Positions 10,421 to 19,574 of a stretch of 64,000 bases of DNA are shown here, one piece after another. Under the pieces are notes generated by a model that saw nothing but the letters and a program-made list of their open reading frames with translations, ran no database searches and was not told the DNA's origin. The DNA comes from an uncultured Pelagibacteraceae bacterium (GTDB lineage Bacteria > Pseudomonadota > Alphaproteobacteria > Pelagibacterales > AG-422-B15). A program made the position numbers and the translations under genes. Each line of letters starts with the position of its first letter. The first letter of the stretch is position 1. Location: NCBI GenBank assembly GCA_902578305.1, contig CACHCK010000001.1, positions 261,746 to 325,745 of the forward strand. Direction: 5' to 3'.

Positions 10421-11228
10421 TGTTAATTTAACCATTATCGGCAAGCCTAATTCAGGAAAATCTACTTTATTTAATTCTTTGTTAGGTAAAAATATTTCTC
10501 CTGCGGGAACCGAATATGGACTCACGAAAATTCTTTTCAAGGAAAAACTTAAATACAAAAATATAGAATTAGTTATTTTTGATACACCCGGCTTAAGAAG
10601 AAGAAGTAAAGTTACAGAAAAAAATGAGATACAAAGAAATTCTGAGGTTATAAAACTCATAAATAAGGTTGATGTTGTCATACTATTAATTGACTCGATT
10701 GAAAATATTACAAGACAAGACTTTAGATTAGCTGATTTATCAATTAGTAATAATAAAATATTATTTTTTCTATTTAATAAAATTGATTTAATCGATGATA
10801 AAATAAAATTTAAATCTAATTTAAAAAATTTTCTTAAAAATAATTATAGTAAGTATAAATTAATAAATATTGAATTCATATCTGCAAAAAAAAATCAAAG
10901 AACTAATAATGTTTTGGACAAAATAATTGAGAAAAAGAAACTAATATCAAAAAAAATTCATAAAAAGAAATTAAGCGATTTTATAGAATTTCTATTAAAT
11001 AAAGGTAACTTTCCAAAAATAAACAAGATTGAAGTCAAGCCTAAGTATATCGTACAAATTGATTCTAAATTACCTCGATTTAAAGTATTTATAAATACAA
11101 AAAAAAGAGCTCCTCATAATTTCGTAAAATATTTTGATAATGCATTTAGAAGTTATTTTAAACTTGAGGGAGTTCCTATTATTTATGACTATATAAGCTC
11201 GAAGAACCCATATTCTAATCAAATTTAA
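10401..11228 (+). CDS. der: Der/EngA ribosome-biogenesis GTPase, single G-domain (GD2) plus KH-like domain
   Basis: GKPNSGKS, DTPGLRRRSKV, NKID, ISA, C-terminal KH-like domain (PRFKVFIN...FRSYFKLEGVPI); canonical der position. Only 275 aa. Confidence 0.8.
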   Translation: MSLNSNNVNLTIIGKPNSGKSTLFNSLLGKNISPAGTEYGLTKILFKEKLKYKNIELVIFDTPGLRRRSKVTEKNEIQRNSEVIKLINKVDVVILLIDSIENITRQDFRLADLSISNNKILFFLFNKIDLIDDKIKFKSNLKNFLKNNYSKYKLINIEFISAKKNQRTNNVLDKIIEKKKLISKKIHKKKLSDFIEFLLNKGNFPKINKIEVKPKYIVQIDSKLPRFKVFINTKKRAPHNFVKYFDNAFRSYFKLEGVPIIYDYISSKNPYSNQI

Positions 11229-11907
11229 TTAATTCTCCTGTAGTTTTTGTAGTTTTAATAAAATCAACAATTTTTATAGCAACTTCTTCAGGAGTTAAAA
11301 TTTTATTTTTATCTTCACCAGGCATTATTGACTCTCTAAAATCAGTTTTAACTGCGTAAGGACTGAAAATATTTGCTTTGATTTTACTATTTTTATTTTC
11401 ATTTGCATAATACAAAAAAAGCTCATTTAAAGCTGACATGATTGGTTGATATATGCCCCAATAATGTGTCTTTGAATTATCTTTGAATGACGATATTAGT
11501 CCTAAATTAGAGCCATTTGAATTTTTAAGTAGTGGATGAAAATTTTTTATCATTCTGAAATTGGATAAAAAATTTAAATCTACAATTTTTTTGATATTTG
11601 ATAATTCAATTGAGTCAACAGGGGATAATTGATTAATAATCCCTGCTGAAAGAATGAGAACATCTATAAATTTATCTTTTTCATAAATCTGTTTAGCTAA
11701 ATTTTCAATACCATTATCTTCATGAAGATCTAATGGCACAATTGTACACTTACATTTGTTCTTAATGATATTGTCATGAACTTCCTCAAGTTTCTTTATA
11801 TTTCTTGAAGTAATATATATATGTCTAGCTGACTTTGACAATTCTTCTGATATTGCCTTTCCTATACCAGAAGAGGCGCCAGTTATTAAACAATTTAAGA
11901 ATTTCAT
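11215..11907 (-). CDS. YciK-like short-chain dehydrogenase/reductase (catalytic Lys absent)
   Basis: TGASSGIG Rossmann motif, VPLDL, YWG-x-Y motif, but YQPIM in place of YxxxK. Confidence 0.8.
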   Translation of the reverse strand: MKFLNCLITGASSGIGKAISEELSKSARHIYITSRNIKKLEEVHDNIIKNKCKCTIVPLDLHEDNGIENLAKQIYEKDKFIDVLILSAGIINQLSPVDSIELSNIKKIVDLNFLSNFRMIKNFHPLLKNSNGSNLGLISSFKDNSKTHYWGIYQPIMSALNELFLYYANENKNSKIKANIFSPYAVKTDFRESIMPGEDKNKILTPEEVAIKIVDFIKTTKTTGELIKFD

Positions 11908-11926
11908 TTTACAACTACCATTTTTT

Positions 11927-12427
11927 TTACAGATTGAAATTATTGGAGGTATTTAATAAATCAATTCCATAATTAACCAAATCCTCAAATACACCACCAC
12001 TAAACGATTCAGGTAGTGAATTGAATGAGAAGCTGTTATATATGAAAACAATTAAAATTATATAAATAATATATCCTCTTACTATTCCAAAAATACCGCC
12101 AAAGATAATATCTATAAATCCTGATTTATTTGACTGTAGAAATGAAATTAGTAATCTATTTATCAATGATAGAAAAATATAAGATATTAAAAAAACAAGT
12201 AAAAAAATTAAAATATCTGAAATCATTTTATTGGCGATATATTCATTGAATACTGGACCAAAAATCCCAAAAGAATATTTGACTGAATAGAAAATAATAA
12301 TCCATTTTATTAAATTTAATAAACTCTTTAAAATTCCATTTTTGATACCTAATAAAAATGAAATAATTAGTACAATTAGGAACGATAAATCATAAATATT
12401 TAGAAAATTTGAGAAATCAATATTCAT
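11927..12427 (-). CDS. cvpA: CvpA (colicin V production) family membrane protein
   Basis: Four TM helices, D..FL....SFLLG...G and D...GGIFG..RG motifs. Confidence 0.85.
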   Translation of the reverse strand: MNIDFSNFLNIYDLSFLIVLIISFLLGIKNGILKSLLNLIKWIIIFYSVKYSFGIFGPVFNEYIANKMISDILIFLLVFLISYIFLSLINRLLISFLQSNKSGFIDIIFGGIFGIVRGYIIYIILIVFIYNSFSFNSLPESFSGGVFEDLVNYGIDLLNTSNNFNL

Positions 12428-12430
12428 TTA

Positions 12431-14866
12431 TTATTGAATAGAAAATTTTTTTAATAGTATTGGCAAAATAGTTAAACTGCCCAACAATGCAACCATCATA
12501 GCTAAAGCAGTGAAAATCCCAAAATATATTGTTGGATAAAAATTTGAAAATATGAGAATTGAAAATCCAGCGATGATTGTAAAAGAGGTATTTTTTATTG
12601 CCACTCCAACTGTTTTGTTACATGTTTTAATTGTTTCGTCGTGGTCATTAGATTGAGCTAAATGCTCACGATATCGGTAGACATAATGTATACAGTTGTC
12701 GACAGCAATGCCAATAGTTATTGCAGCAATGGTGATCGTCATTAAATCAAGAGGGATGGAAAGTAAGCCCATTGTCCCAAGTATCACAAAGCATGCGATT
12801 AAATTTGGAATTATTGCCGATATCGCAATTTTTAGAGATTTGAATAATAAAATTAACATAAAGAATATACCAAATAATACAACTGATAGAGATTTTATTT
12901 GTGATTCGAATAAGCTTTGAAGCATATTATTATAAAGAATTAGTATTCCCGATACAGTGACCTGCATATTCCCTGCAGTATAACTATTATTAATAAAATT
13001 TTTTAAGTCATTAATAAAATTAGCTCTGACTAATTCTGAGTGAGTATCTATAATTCTCATGGTAATCCTAGCCTGGTTTTTATCAATCAAGACGTATGGA
13101 TTAATAATCTGTTCTTTTAAATCATCGGGAAGTTTTTTATAAAGGACTGATAGTTCGAGTGTATCAAATTCATTATTTGAGTTAAGTTTTTCTGCAGTTC
13201 TTACAACGGAAGCTAGAGATAAAATTTTTCCTGCAAAGGGATAGCTTTCTAAATGATCATGCATTTCTTTGATTTTATCTATTTTTTCTTTTGTAAACCA
13301 ATAATCAGCTGGATCATAATCAATTCCAAAATCTAAAAAATCATCATCATAAATTTCATCATCAGTACCGTCTGGGTCATCATTAAATTCAATTATTATA
13401 TCTAATGGAGTTGTTCCACCAAGTTTATCATCAATTAATTTCATCCCTTTATAAATTTCAGTATCTTTTTTAAAATAATCTATAAAACTATTTTCTACTT
13501 TCAATTTAGAAGATCCATATAAACCTATAAAAAAAATTAGAGTAAAAATAGCAATAAGTGTATTAGGCAATCTTAGAGATAAGACCGTCAAACTCCCCTG
13601 ATTAGTATTATCTTTAATTTTTGAATTAATTTGTAAATTAAGTGAATTTATAAGCACAGGTAAAAATATAAAACTTGATACATATGTTATAACGAGGCCT
13701 GCGCACATCATCAGACCAAAGTCCATTACTGGCTTAATGCCACTTGTATAAAGTGTTGCAAAAGCAAAAATTGTAGTTAAAGCGGCAAATAAGCATGGTC
13801 TATACATTTTGTTTACTGTTAGTAATATTGCCTGTTGAACAGAAATCCCCTCGGAATTTATTAAAATTTGCCTATATCGAACAACGATATGAACTGTCAT
13901 TGACAAAGATAAAATTAAAATCAGCATTATAAAATTTGAGGAAATGACTGTTACTTTCCAATCTAAGATAGAAACTGTACCTATCATAACGATAAGTGAT
14001 GCAAGGCAATTGGAAATACATACAAACATCCATAAAGGATTTTTAAATACGATATATAAAACAATTAGAATAAATATCAGTGCTCCCAAACCAAATACAA
14101 TTATGTCATTTTTTACAAATGATATTGTATCATCAGCTATCATTGATACCCCACCAAGATTAATTTTTAAATCGCTTTCTGAAAATGAATTTATTATTTT
14201 TCTAATTTCACTGATATTTTTGCTTCGCTTTTCATCATAGATTTTTTTACTTTTCTCATATTTCAAATTAATCACATTAAGTAAATTTTTATCTTCTTTA
14301 CTCATTTTATATGTTTCTCTTAATTTATTTCTTTCTCTAATTAATTTCTCGTATTCTAAATTTCTTTTAAAATTAATTAAAATACCTGTACTGGTAGAAT
14401 CTTCGCTTATAATTAAGTTCTTAAATATTGGGCTATTCAATAATTCTTTTTCTACCTCCTCAAGGTCTAATCCGGGTGTTTCAATTGTAATGATTTCATC
14501 AATAAGATCAGTTAGAGATTGTTCATTAACTTCTAACAGCGGTACATCAAAAATAGATTGCGTACTATCTACCCATTCTAGTTTAGATACAGTATCAATA
14601 AATAATTTGATTTTACTGAGATTCTTTTCAGTTAAAATTTTCTCAGAGTGCGTAAAGGTAACGATTAGAAAGTCAGTCGTTGCATAATCATTTATAATTT
14701 GTCGATATTTTTTGAGATCTTCATCTTGTTCTAATATTAAAGTATCGGATGATGCGTCTAATTGAAAGTTTTTGATATTATAAAAAAAGAAGCCAATGAT
14801 AGTTATTATCATTAAAAGTGTTAAAGTTGTATATCTATTAAGAAACAATAGGTAATATTTTTCCAT
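12431..14866 (-). CDS. MMPL/RND-superfamily transporter
   Basis: Two repeats of TM1 + periplasmic domain + 5 TMs, LDASSDTL, GIAVDNCIHY, GGTTPLDII. Confidence 0.88.
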   Translation of the reverse strand: MEKYYLLFLNRYTTLTLLMIITIIGFFFYNIKNFQLDASSDTLILEQDEDLKKYRQIINDYATTDFLIVTFTHSEKILTEKNLSKIKLFIDTVSKLEWVDSTQSIFDVPLLEVNEQSLTDLIDEIITIETPGLDLEEVEKELLNSPIFKNLIISEDSTSTGILINFKRNLEYEKLIRERNKLRETYKMSKEDKNLLNVINLKYEKSKKIYDEKRSKNISEIRKIINSFSESDLKINLGGVSMIADDTISFVKNDIIVFGLGALIFILIVLYIVFKNPLWMFVCISNCLASLIVMIGTVSILDWKVTVISSNFIMLILILSLSMTVHIVVRYRQILINSEGISVQQAILLTVNKMYRPCLFAALTTIFAFATLYTSGIKPVMDFGLMMCAGLVITYVSSFIFLPVLINSLNLQINSKIKDNTNQGSLTVLSLRLPNTLIAIFTLIFFIGLYGSSKLKVENSFIDYFKKDTEIYKGMKLIDDKLGGTTPLDIIIEFNDDPDGTDDEIYDDDFLDFGIDYDPADYWFTKEKIDKIKEMHDHLESYPFAGKILSLASVVRTAEKLNSNNEFDTLELSVLYKKLPDDLKEQIINPYVLIDKNQARITMRIIDTHSELVRANFINDLKNFINNSYTAGNMQVTVSGILILYNNMLQSLFESQIKSLSVVLFGIFFMLILLFKSLKIAISAIIPNLIACFVILGTMGLLSIPLDLMTITIAAITIGIAVDNCIHYVYRYREHLAQSNDHDETIKTCNKTVGVAIKNTSFTIIAGFSILIFSNFYPTIYFGIFTALAMMVALLGSLTILPILLKKFSIQ

Positions 14867-14869
14867 GTA

Positions 14870-15970
14870 TTATGAAATATATCTTCTTTGATATCTTTTG
14901 CCTAGATTTGTTAATATCTCATATGGAATAGTATTTATTTTTTTTGAAACATAATTAATTGAATATACTTGACTAATAATATCAAATTCACCAGCCATGT
15001 TGTCTTTATTAAACTTTGTATTTGTTAAATCAATTGTTAAAAGATCCATTGAGACACGACCAACAACATTTATCTTTTTATTTCCATTAACCACACTGAA
15101 ATTATTTGAAAAAAGCCTATTAAATCCATCTGCATAACCTAGAGCAAGAGTACCAATTTTCATTTTTGATTTAGCTCTATAAGTTGCGCCATATCCAATA
15201 TAGTCTCCTTTTTCTATTTCTCTCACCTGAATTAATTTTGCTTTCAATGTAACAACATTTTTATATATATTTTTTTCATTTTTTTGACAGTGACCGCCAA
15301 AAAGTGATATTCCCGGTCTTACCATATCAAAATGAAATTCTTTCCCAAGCAGTACACCAGCAGAGTTTGACAAACTGTGCATTGAATCAGGAAAATATTT
15401 TATAATATTTTTGAATTTTCGCAGTTGAATTTTATTTAATTTTGATCTTTTCTCATCTGCACAGGATAAGTGACTCATTATAAGAAATACTTTTGATTTT
15501 TTAATTAAATTTTTTTTATTTGATATCAGGTAATTTGTTTCTTGGTTATCTAGACCTAGGCGAGACATTCCAGTATCAAAATGAATTGCAATTTTAATTT
15601 TAATTTTATATTTAGTCTGAAAATTTTCTATTTTTTCAAGTTGTTCCAAATTATTTACTACTGGTATTAAATTATATTTACGAATTAATTTTATATTTTT
15701 TACAACTAGCCCATTTAATATAAATATATTGATGTTTTTACTAAGTTTTCTTAAAACTATTGCTTCATTAGTTGTTGCTACAAAAAAATATTTGCAACCT
15801 GATTTTATGAGATTTGGTACAATCTTTTGTACGCCTAGTCCATATGCATCAGCTTTAACAGTAGAAGCAGCGAAACATTTTTTTCCGATTTTTTTTTTTA
15901 TTTTTCTATAATTTTTACTAATTGAATTTAAATCAATACTTAAAAATGTATTTTTATCAACATTATCCAT
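14870..15970 (-). CDS. alr: Alanine racemase
   Basis: VKADAYGLG (PLP Lys), HFDTGMSRLG, VRPGISLFG, GYGATY, GRVSMD. Confidence 0.96.
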   Translation of the reverse strand: MDNVDKNTFLSIDLNSISKNYRKIKKKIGKKCFAASTVKADAYGLGVQKIVPNLIKSGCKYFFVATTNEAIVLRKLSKNINIFILNGLVVKNIKLIRKYNLIPVVNNLEQLEKIENFQTKYKIKIKIAIHFDTGMSRLGLDNQETNYLISNKKNLIKKSKVFLIMSHLSCADEKRSKLNKIQLRKFKNIIKYFPDSMHSLSNSAGVLLGKEFHFDMVRPGISLFGGHCQKNEKNIYKNVVTLKAKLIQVREIEKGDYIGYGATYRAKSKMKIGTLALGYADGFNRLFSNNFSVVNGNKKINVVGRVSMDLLTIDLTNTKFNKDNMAGEFDIISQVYSINYVSKKINTIPYEILTNLGKRYQRRYIS

Positions 15971-15981
15971 ACTTAGAAATT

Positions 15982-17439
15982 TTAATCGTAATTTTCTACG
16001 TGATCTTTTCCAATGAAGTTTCCAAACCTTGTATATTTTGCATCAAAGCTTAACTTTATATTTCCTGTTGGGCCATGTCTTTGTTTCATTATAAGTAAGT
16101 CAGCTTGACCATGAATTTCATCCATTTTTTGCTGCCACTCAATAAATTCAGCAGTTCCTGGAGATGGTGCATTTTTTTCAAGATAATATTCTTCTCTATA
16201 TATAAACATTACCACATCTGAATCCTGTTCAATTGAACCTGACTCTCTTAAATCTGATAACTGAGGCTTTTTATCTTCTCTCTGTTCTACTTGTCTTGAT
16301 AATTGTGATAAGGCTATAATTGGAATATTAAGCTCTTTAGCCAATGCTTTTAAGCCTTGCGTTATTTCTGAAATCTCTAAAACTCTAGATTCATTTCTAG
16401 AAGTTTTACTTGGTCTTAATAATTGTAAATAATCAATTACTATCACCCCTAATCCGTTTTTTCTTTTAAGTCTGCGAGATCTTGAAGATAATGTACCAAT
16501 ATTAACTGCAGGTGTGTCATCAATAAATAAAGGTATTTCCAAAACATCCTTCGATACAGAAACTAAATTATCCAGATCATTTTCTGATAAATTGCCCCTC
16601 CTTATATCGTTAGAGCTTATTCTGGCTTGCTCCGATAGAATCCTTGTAGCTAATTGTTCTGATGACATTTCAAGTGAGAAAAAAAGCACGCTAGCATCCT
16701 TATCTTTTGTTAAGTGAGCATTTTTCGCTATATTAAATGCAATATTCGTAGCAAGAGATGTCTTCCCCATTGATGGTCTCCCTGCAATAATTATTAAGTC
16801 TGATGGGTGAAAGCCTCCAAGTTTGGTATCAAGATCTGTGAATTCTGAGGATATTCCAACAACACTACTATCTTTTTCAAAAGCTTTCTTTGCTAAATCA
16901 ATAGCTTCTTCAATTGAACTTTGAAAGGTTTGAATATTATTTTGTGAAGCTCCTCTTTCTGAAATATTGTAAAGACTTTTTTCGGCTTCTTCTATCAGTT
17001 CATCAGGTTTAGTATCCATATTACTCTCGATTGCATCATGTTGAACTTTACCTCCCAATTCAAACAATCCCCTTCTAACAGCAAGGTCATAAATGATATG
17101 AGCGTAATTTTTTGCATAGTCTAGGGATACAGCTGAATTGGCAAGTATCACTAAGTAGTTTGATCCGCCTATTTCTTCTAGATTTTTTTCCACCTCAAAA
17201 TAGCTTTTTAGGGTAATTGGAGTTGCAATTTGCCCTTTAGAAATTAAGTTTCCAATAACCTCAAATATTAATTTATGTATTGGCTCGTAAAAGTGCTCAG
17301 GTCTCACTGTTTCTGATATATCAAAATAAATTTCATTATTAAGTAACACTGCCCCAAGAATTCCTTGTTCAGCTTCGATGTTGTGAGGAAGTTCTTTTAC
17401 ACTAATGTTTTTATTTTCTAATTGTATTGTTGAGGACAT
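15982..17439 (-). CDS. dnaB: Replicative DNA helicase
   Basis: PHNIEAEQ, AGRPSMGKT, FSLEMS, IDYLQL, ALSQLSR, DLRESGSIEQD, KQRHGP. No intein-sized insert. Confidence 0.98.
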   Translation of the reverse strand: MSSTIQLENKNISVKELPHNIEAEQGILGAVLLNNEIYFDISETVRPEHFYEPIHKLIFEVIGNLISKGQIATPITLKSYFEVEKNLEEIGGSNYLVILANSAVSLDYAKNYAHIIYDLAVRRGLFELGGKVQHDAIESNMDTKPDELIEEAEKSLYNISERGASQNNIQTFQSSIEEAIDLAKKAFEKDSSVVGISSEFTDLDTKLGGFHPSDLIIIAGRPSMGKTSLATNIAFNIAKNAHLTKDKDASVLFFSLEMSSEQLATRILSEQARISSNDIRRGNLSENDLDNLVSVSKDVLEIPLFIDDTPAVNIGTLSSRSRRLKRKNGLGVIVIDYLQLLRPSKTSRNESRVLEISEITQGLKALAKELNIPIIALSQLSRQVEQREDKKPQLSDLRESGSIEQDSDVVMFIYREEYYLEKNAPSPGTAEFIEWQQKMDEIHGQADLLIMKQRHGPTGNIKLSFDAKYTRFGNFIGKDHVENYD

Positions 17440-17495
17440 AACCTTGATAACCTAATATAAAATTATCTATTATGTCAGTAAAATTTAACAGAAAG

Positions 17496-17525
17496 ATATT
17501 AACAGGTACTTTAGATTGTTAATAT
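17496..17525 (-). terminator. Possible weak intrinsic terminator or operator between rplI and dnaB
   Basis: 9-bp inverted repeat ATATTAACA/TGTTAATAT with 12-nt loop, followed on the minus strand by CUUUCUGUU. Confidence 0.3.
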
Positions 17526-17589
17526 ACTTGAATATAATGCTCCTTAATAGGAAAACATTTTAAATATTTGAAATATTGAGAAAATGATA

Positions 17590-18036
17590 TTAGGTTTTTT
17601 TTAAAACATCGATAATTATTGAGGCTGAAATGTTGTCGTATAGCCTAATATTAATTTCGTGTTTACCAATCGTCTTAATATTACCAAGAATAATATTTTC
17701 AGGTGAAAGATTAACAGAAAAATCCATATTAATTTTATCTGTCACAGCTCTTATACTTACATTTCCATACAAATTACCATTTTCGTTACATTCCATTTGC
17801 ATAGAAATTGTCTTATTTTCTAATTTTGATTTTATCTCATTGGCTTCTTTAACTTTTTTTTCATTGTTCTCATTTATTTGAGACATTTTAGACTCAAGAT
17901 TTTCTTTGTTTTTTTTATTTGCGATAATGGCCTTTTTTTGTGGTAAAAGAAAATTATTTGCATATCCATCTTTTACATTAACAATTTCACCTGCTTTTCC
18001 TAATTTATTAAATGTTTCTAAGAGAATAACTTGCAT
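17590..18036 (-). CDS. rplI: 50S ribosomal protein L9
   Basis: MQVILL...LGKAGEIVNVKDGYA start at 18036 (ORF-track start 18090 overlaps rpsR); GNLYG, IKTIG. Confidence 0.93.
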   Translation of the reverse strand: MQVILLETFNKLGKAGEIVNVKDGYANNFLLPQKKAIIANKKNKENLESKMSQINENNEKKVKEANEIKSKLENKTISMQMECNENGNLYGNVSIRAVTDKINMDFSVNLSPENIILGNIKTIGKHEINIRLYDNISASIIIDVLKKT

Positions 18037-18037
18037 A

Positions 18038-18232
18038 CTATTTTCCTGTATACGGTAAGAGTGCCAAATATCTTGCCCTCTTAATAGCATTAGATAAGTC
18101 TTTTTGTTTTTTAATTGTAATATAACTTATTCTCCTCGGCGTGATTTTGCCCTTTTCAGATATGAATTTTTTTAAGCCCATTATATCTTTATAATCAAAT
18201 ACAGTTGCATTTCTTTTAGAGTTTTTATCCAT
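18038..18232 (-). CDS. rpsR: 30S ribosomal protein S18 (zinc-free, short)
   Basis: [29 protein letters not shown]; no Cys. Confidence 0.95.
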   Translation of the reverse strand: MDKNSKRNATVFDYKDIMGLKKFISEKGKITPRRISYITIKKQKDLSNAIKRARYLALLPYTGK

Positions 18233-18235
18233 AAT

Positions 18236-18562
18236 TTAATCTTTGTCTTTAATCATCAAGGTTGGTGTTTCGCAGAATTTTTTTACTTTTACTGATAAGT
18301 ATCTGATTATATCTTCATTTAGATTCAGTTTGGAGTTCATCAAATCAATATTGCTTTGGGGTAACTCAATATTCATGAACTCATAAAAGGCTTTTTTATT
18401 TTCTTTTATCGGATAGGCCAAGTTTCTAAGTCCCCAGCTTTCCTTGTAAATAATATTTCCATTAATTTCATTAAGCATTTGTTCGTGTGATTTTAATGCC
18501 TCTACTAAGTCCGAAGAACTTAAATCCTGTCTTAACATTATAGTATGCTCAAATAAAGCCAT
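18236..18562 (-). CDS. rpsF: 30S ribosomal protein S6
   Basis: MALFEH, ESWGLRNLAYPIK, IIRYL; operon with rpsR-rplI. Confidence 0.95.
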   Translation of the reverse strand: MALFEHTIMLRQDLSSSDLVEALKSHEQMLNEINGNIIYKESWGLRNLAYPIKENKKAFYEFMNIELPQSNIDLMNSKLNLNEDIIRYLSVKVKKFCETPTLMIKDKD

Positions 18563-18635
18563 TTATAAGATGTATTTATTATTAAAAATGGAATAAATAT
18601 TCTATAATCTTCATTTAAGCAAGCATTCTTTTTTA

Positions 18636-19574
18636 ATGAAAACAGCATTGATTTTTCCAGGACAAGGTTCTCAATTTGTAGGTATGGGTCATGATTTTTA
18701 TCTAAAATATGATATTTCGAGGGAAATCTATAAACGTCTTGATGATACCTTAGAGAGAGAATTATCGAATTTAATATTTTCAGATAAAAGTGATTTACTC
18801 ATGCAAACACAAAATTCACAACCGTCTATAATGGCAACAAGTGTTGCTATATATAATGCGCTAGTTTATGAAAAACTATTAACTAGAGGATCATTTCATT
18901 TTGTGGCCGGACATTCATTAGGTGAGTACAGTGCATTAGTAATTAACGAAAGTCTTACTTTTGAAGATTCTGTTCGTCTTCTTCAAATTAGATCAAAGGC
19001 TATGCAAGAAAGCATGCCTTTAGGAACTGGAGGAATGATTGCATTAATTGGATGCTCAAATAATGTAGTAGAGGACGTAATTGCAAGAGCAAAAGAAGTA
19101 GGAAAAATATATATTGCAAATGATAATGCTCACGGACAAATTGTTTTAAGTGGAGAAGTTAATGCAATTGATTATATTGAAGCAAATGCAAAAATGTTAA
19201 ATATCAAACGAGCAATAAAACTACCTGTAAGCGCTCCTTTTCATTGTGAGTTGATTCAGCGTGCTTCAAAGACACTGCAAACTGAAATAATAAATTATAA
19301 ATTTAGACCATTCACAGTACCATTATATTCTAATGTCACTTCTGAAATATGTTCATCTAGTGAAATATGTCATCTCCTAATTGACCAGATTGTTTCAAAA
19401 GTAAGATGGCGAGAGATTATAGAAAATATGATTCGAGATGGGGTCAGCAAATTCATAGAAATTGGACCAGGAAATGTATTAACAAATTTAGTAAAAAGAG
19501 CTTCAAAAGATGTTGTAACGATTTCCATAAGTAAGGTGGAAGATTTAGATAAATTAGATAAAATACAATCATGA
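18636..19574 (+). CDS. fabD: Malonyl-CoA:ACP transacylase
   Basis: FPGQGSQ, AGHSLGEY, ANDN, LPVSAPFH, EIGPG. Confidence 0.97.
   Translation: MKTALIFPGQGSQFVGMGHDFYLKYDISREIYKRLDDTLERELSNLIFSDKSDLLMQTQNSQPSIMATSVAIYNALVYEKLLTRGSFHFVAGHSLGEYSALVINESLTFEDSVRLLQIRSKAMQESMPLGTGGMIALIGCSNNVVEDVIARAKEVGKIYIANDNAHGQIVLSGEVNAIDYIEANAKMLNIKRAIKLPVSAPFHCELIQRASKTLQTEIINYKFRPFTVPLYSNVTSEICSSSEICHLLIDQIVSKVRWREIIENMIRDGVSKFIEIGPGNVLTNLVKRASKDVVTISISKVEDLDKLDKIQS

Noticed and set aside
17485-17502. CtrA box upstream of dnaB
   Set aside because: The TTAA half-sites are 10 nt apart, not the canonical 7.
17950-17975. L9 GYANN instead of GYARN
   Set aside because: Single substitution in a divergent AT-rich lineage; no functional claim is supportable.
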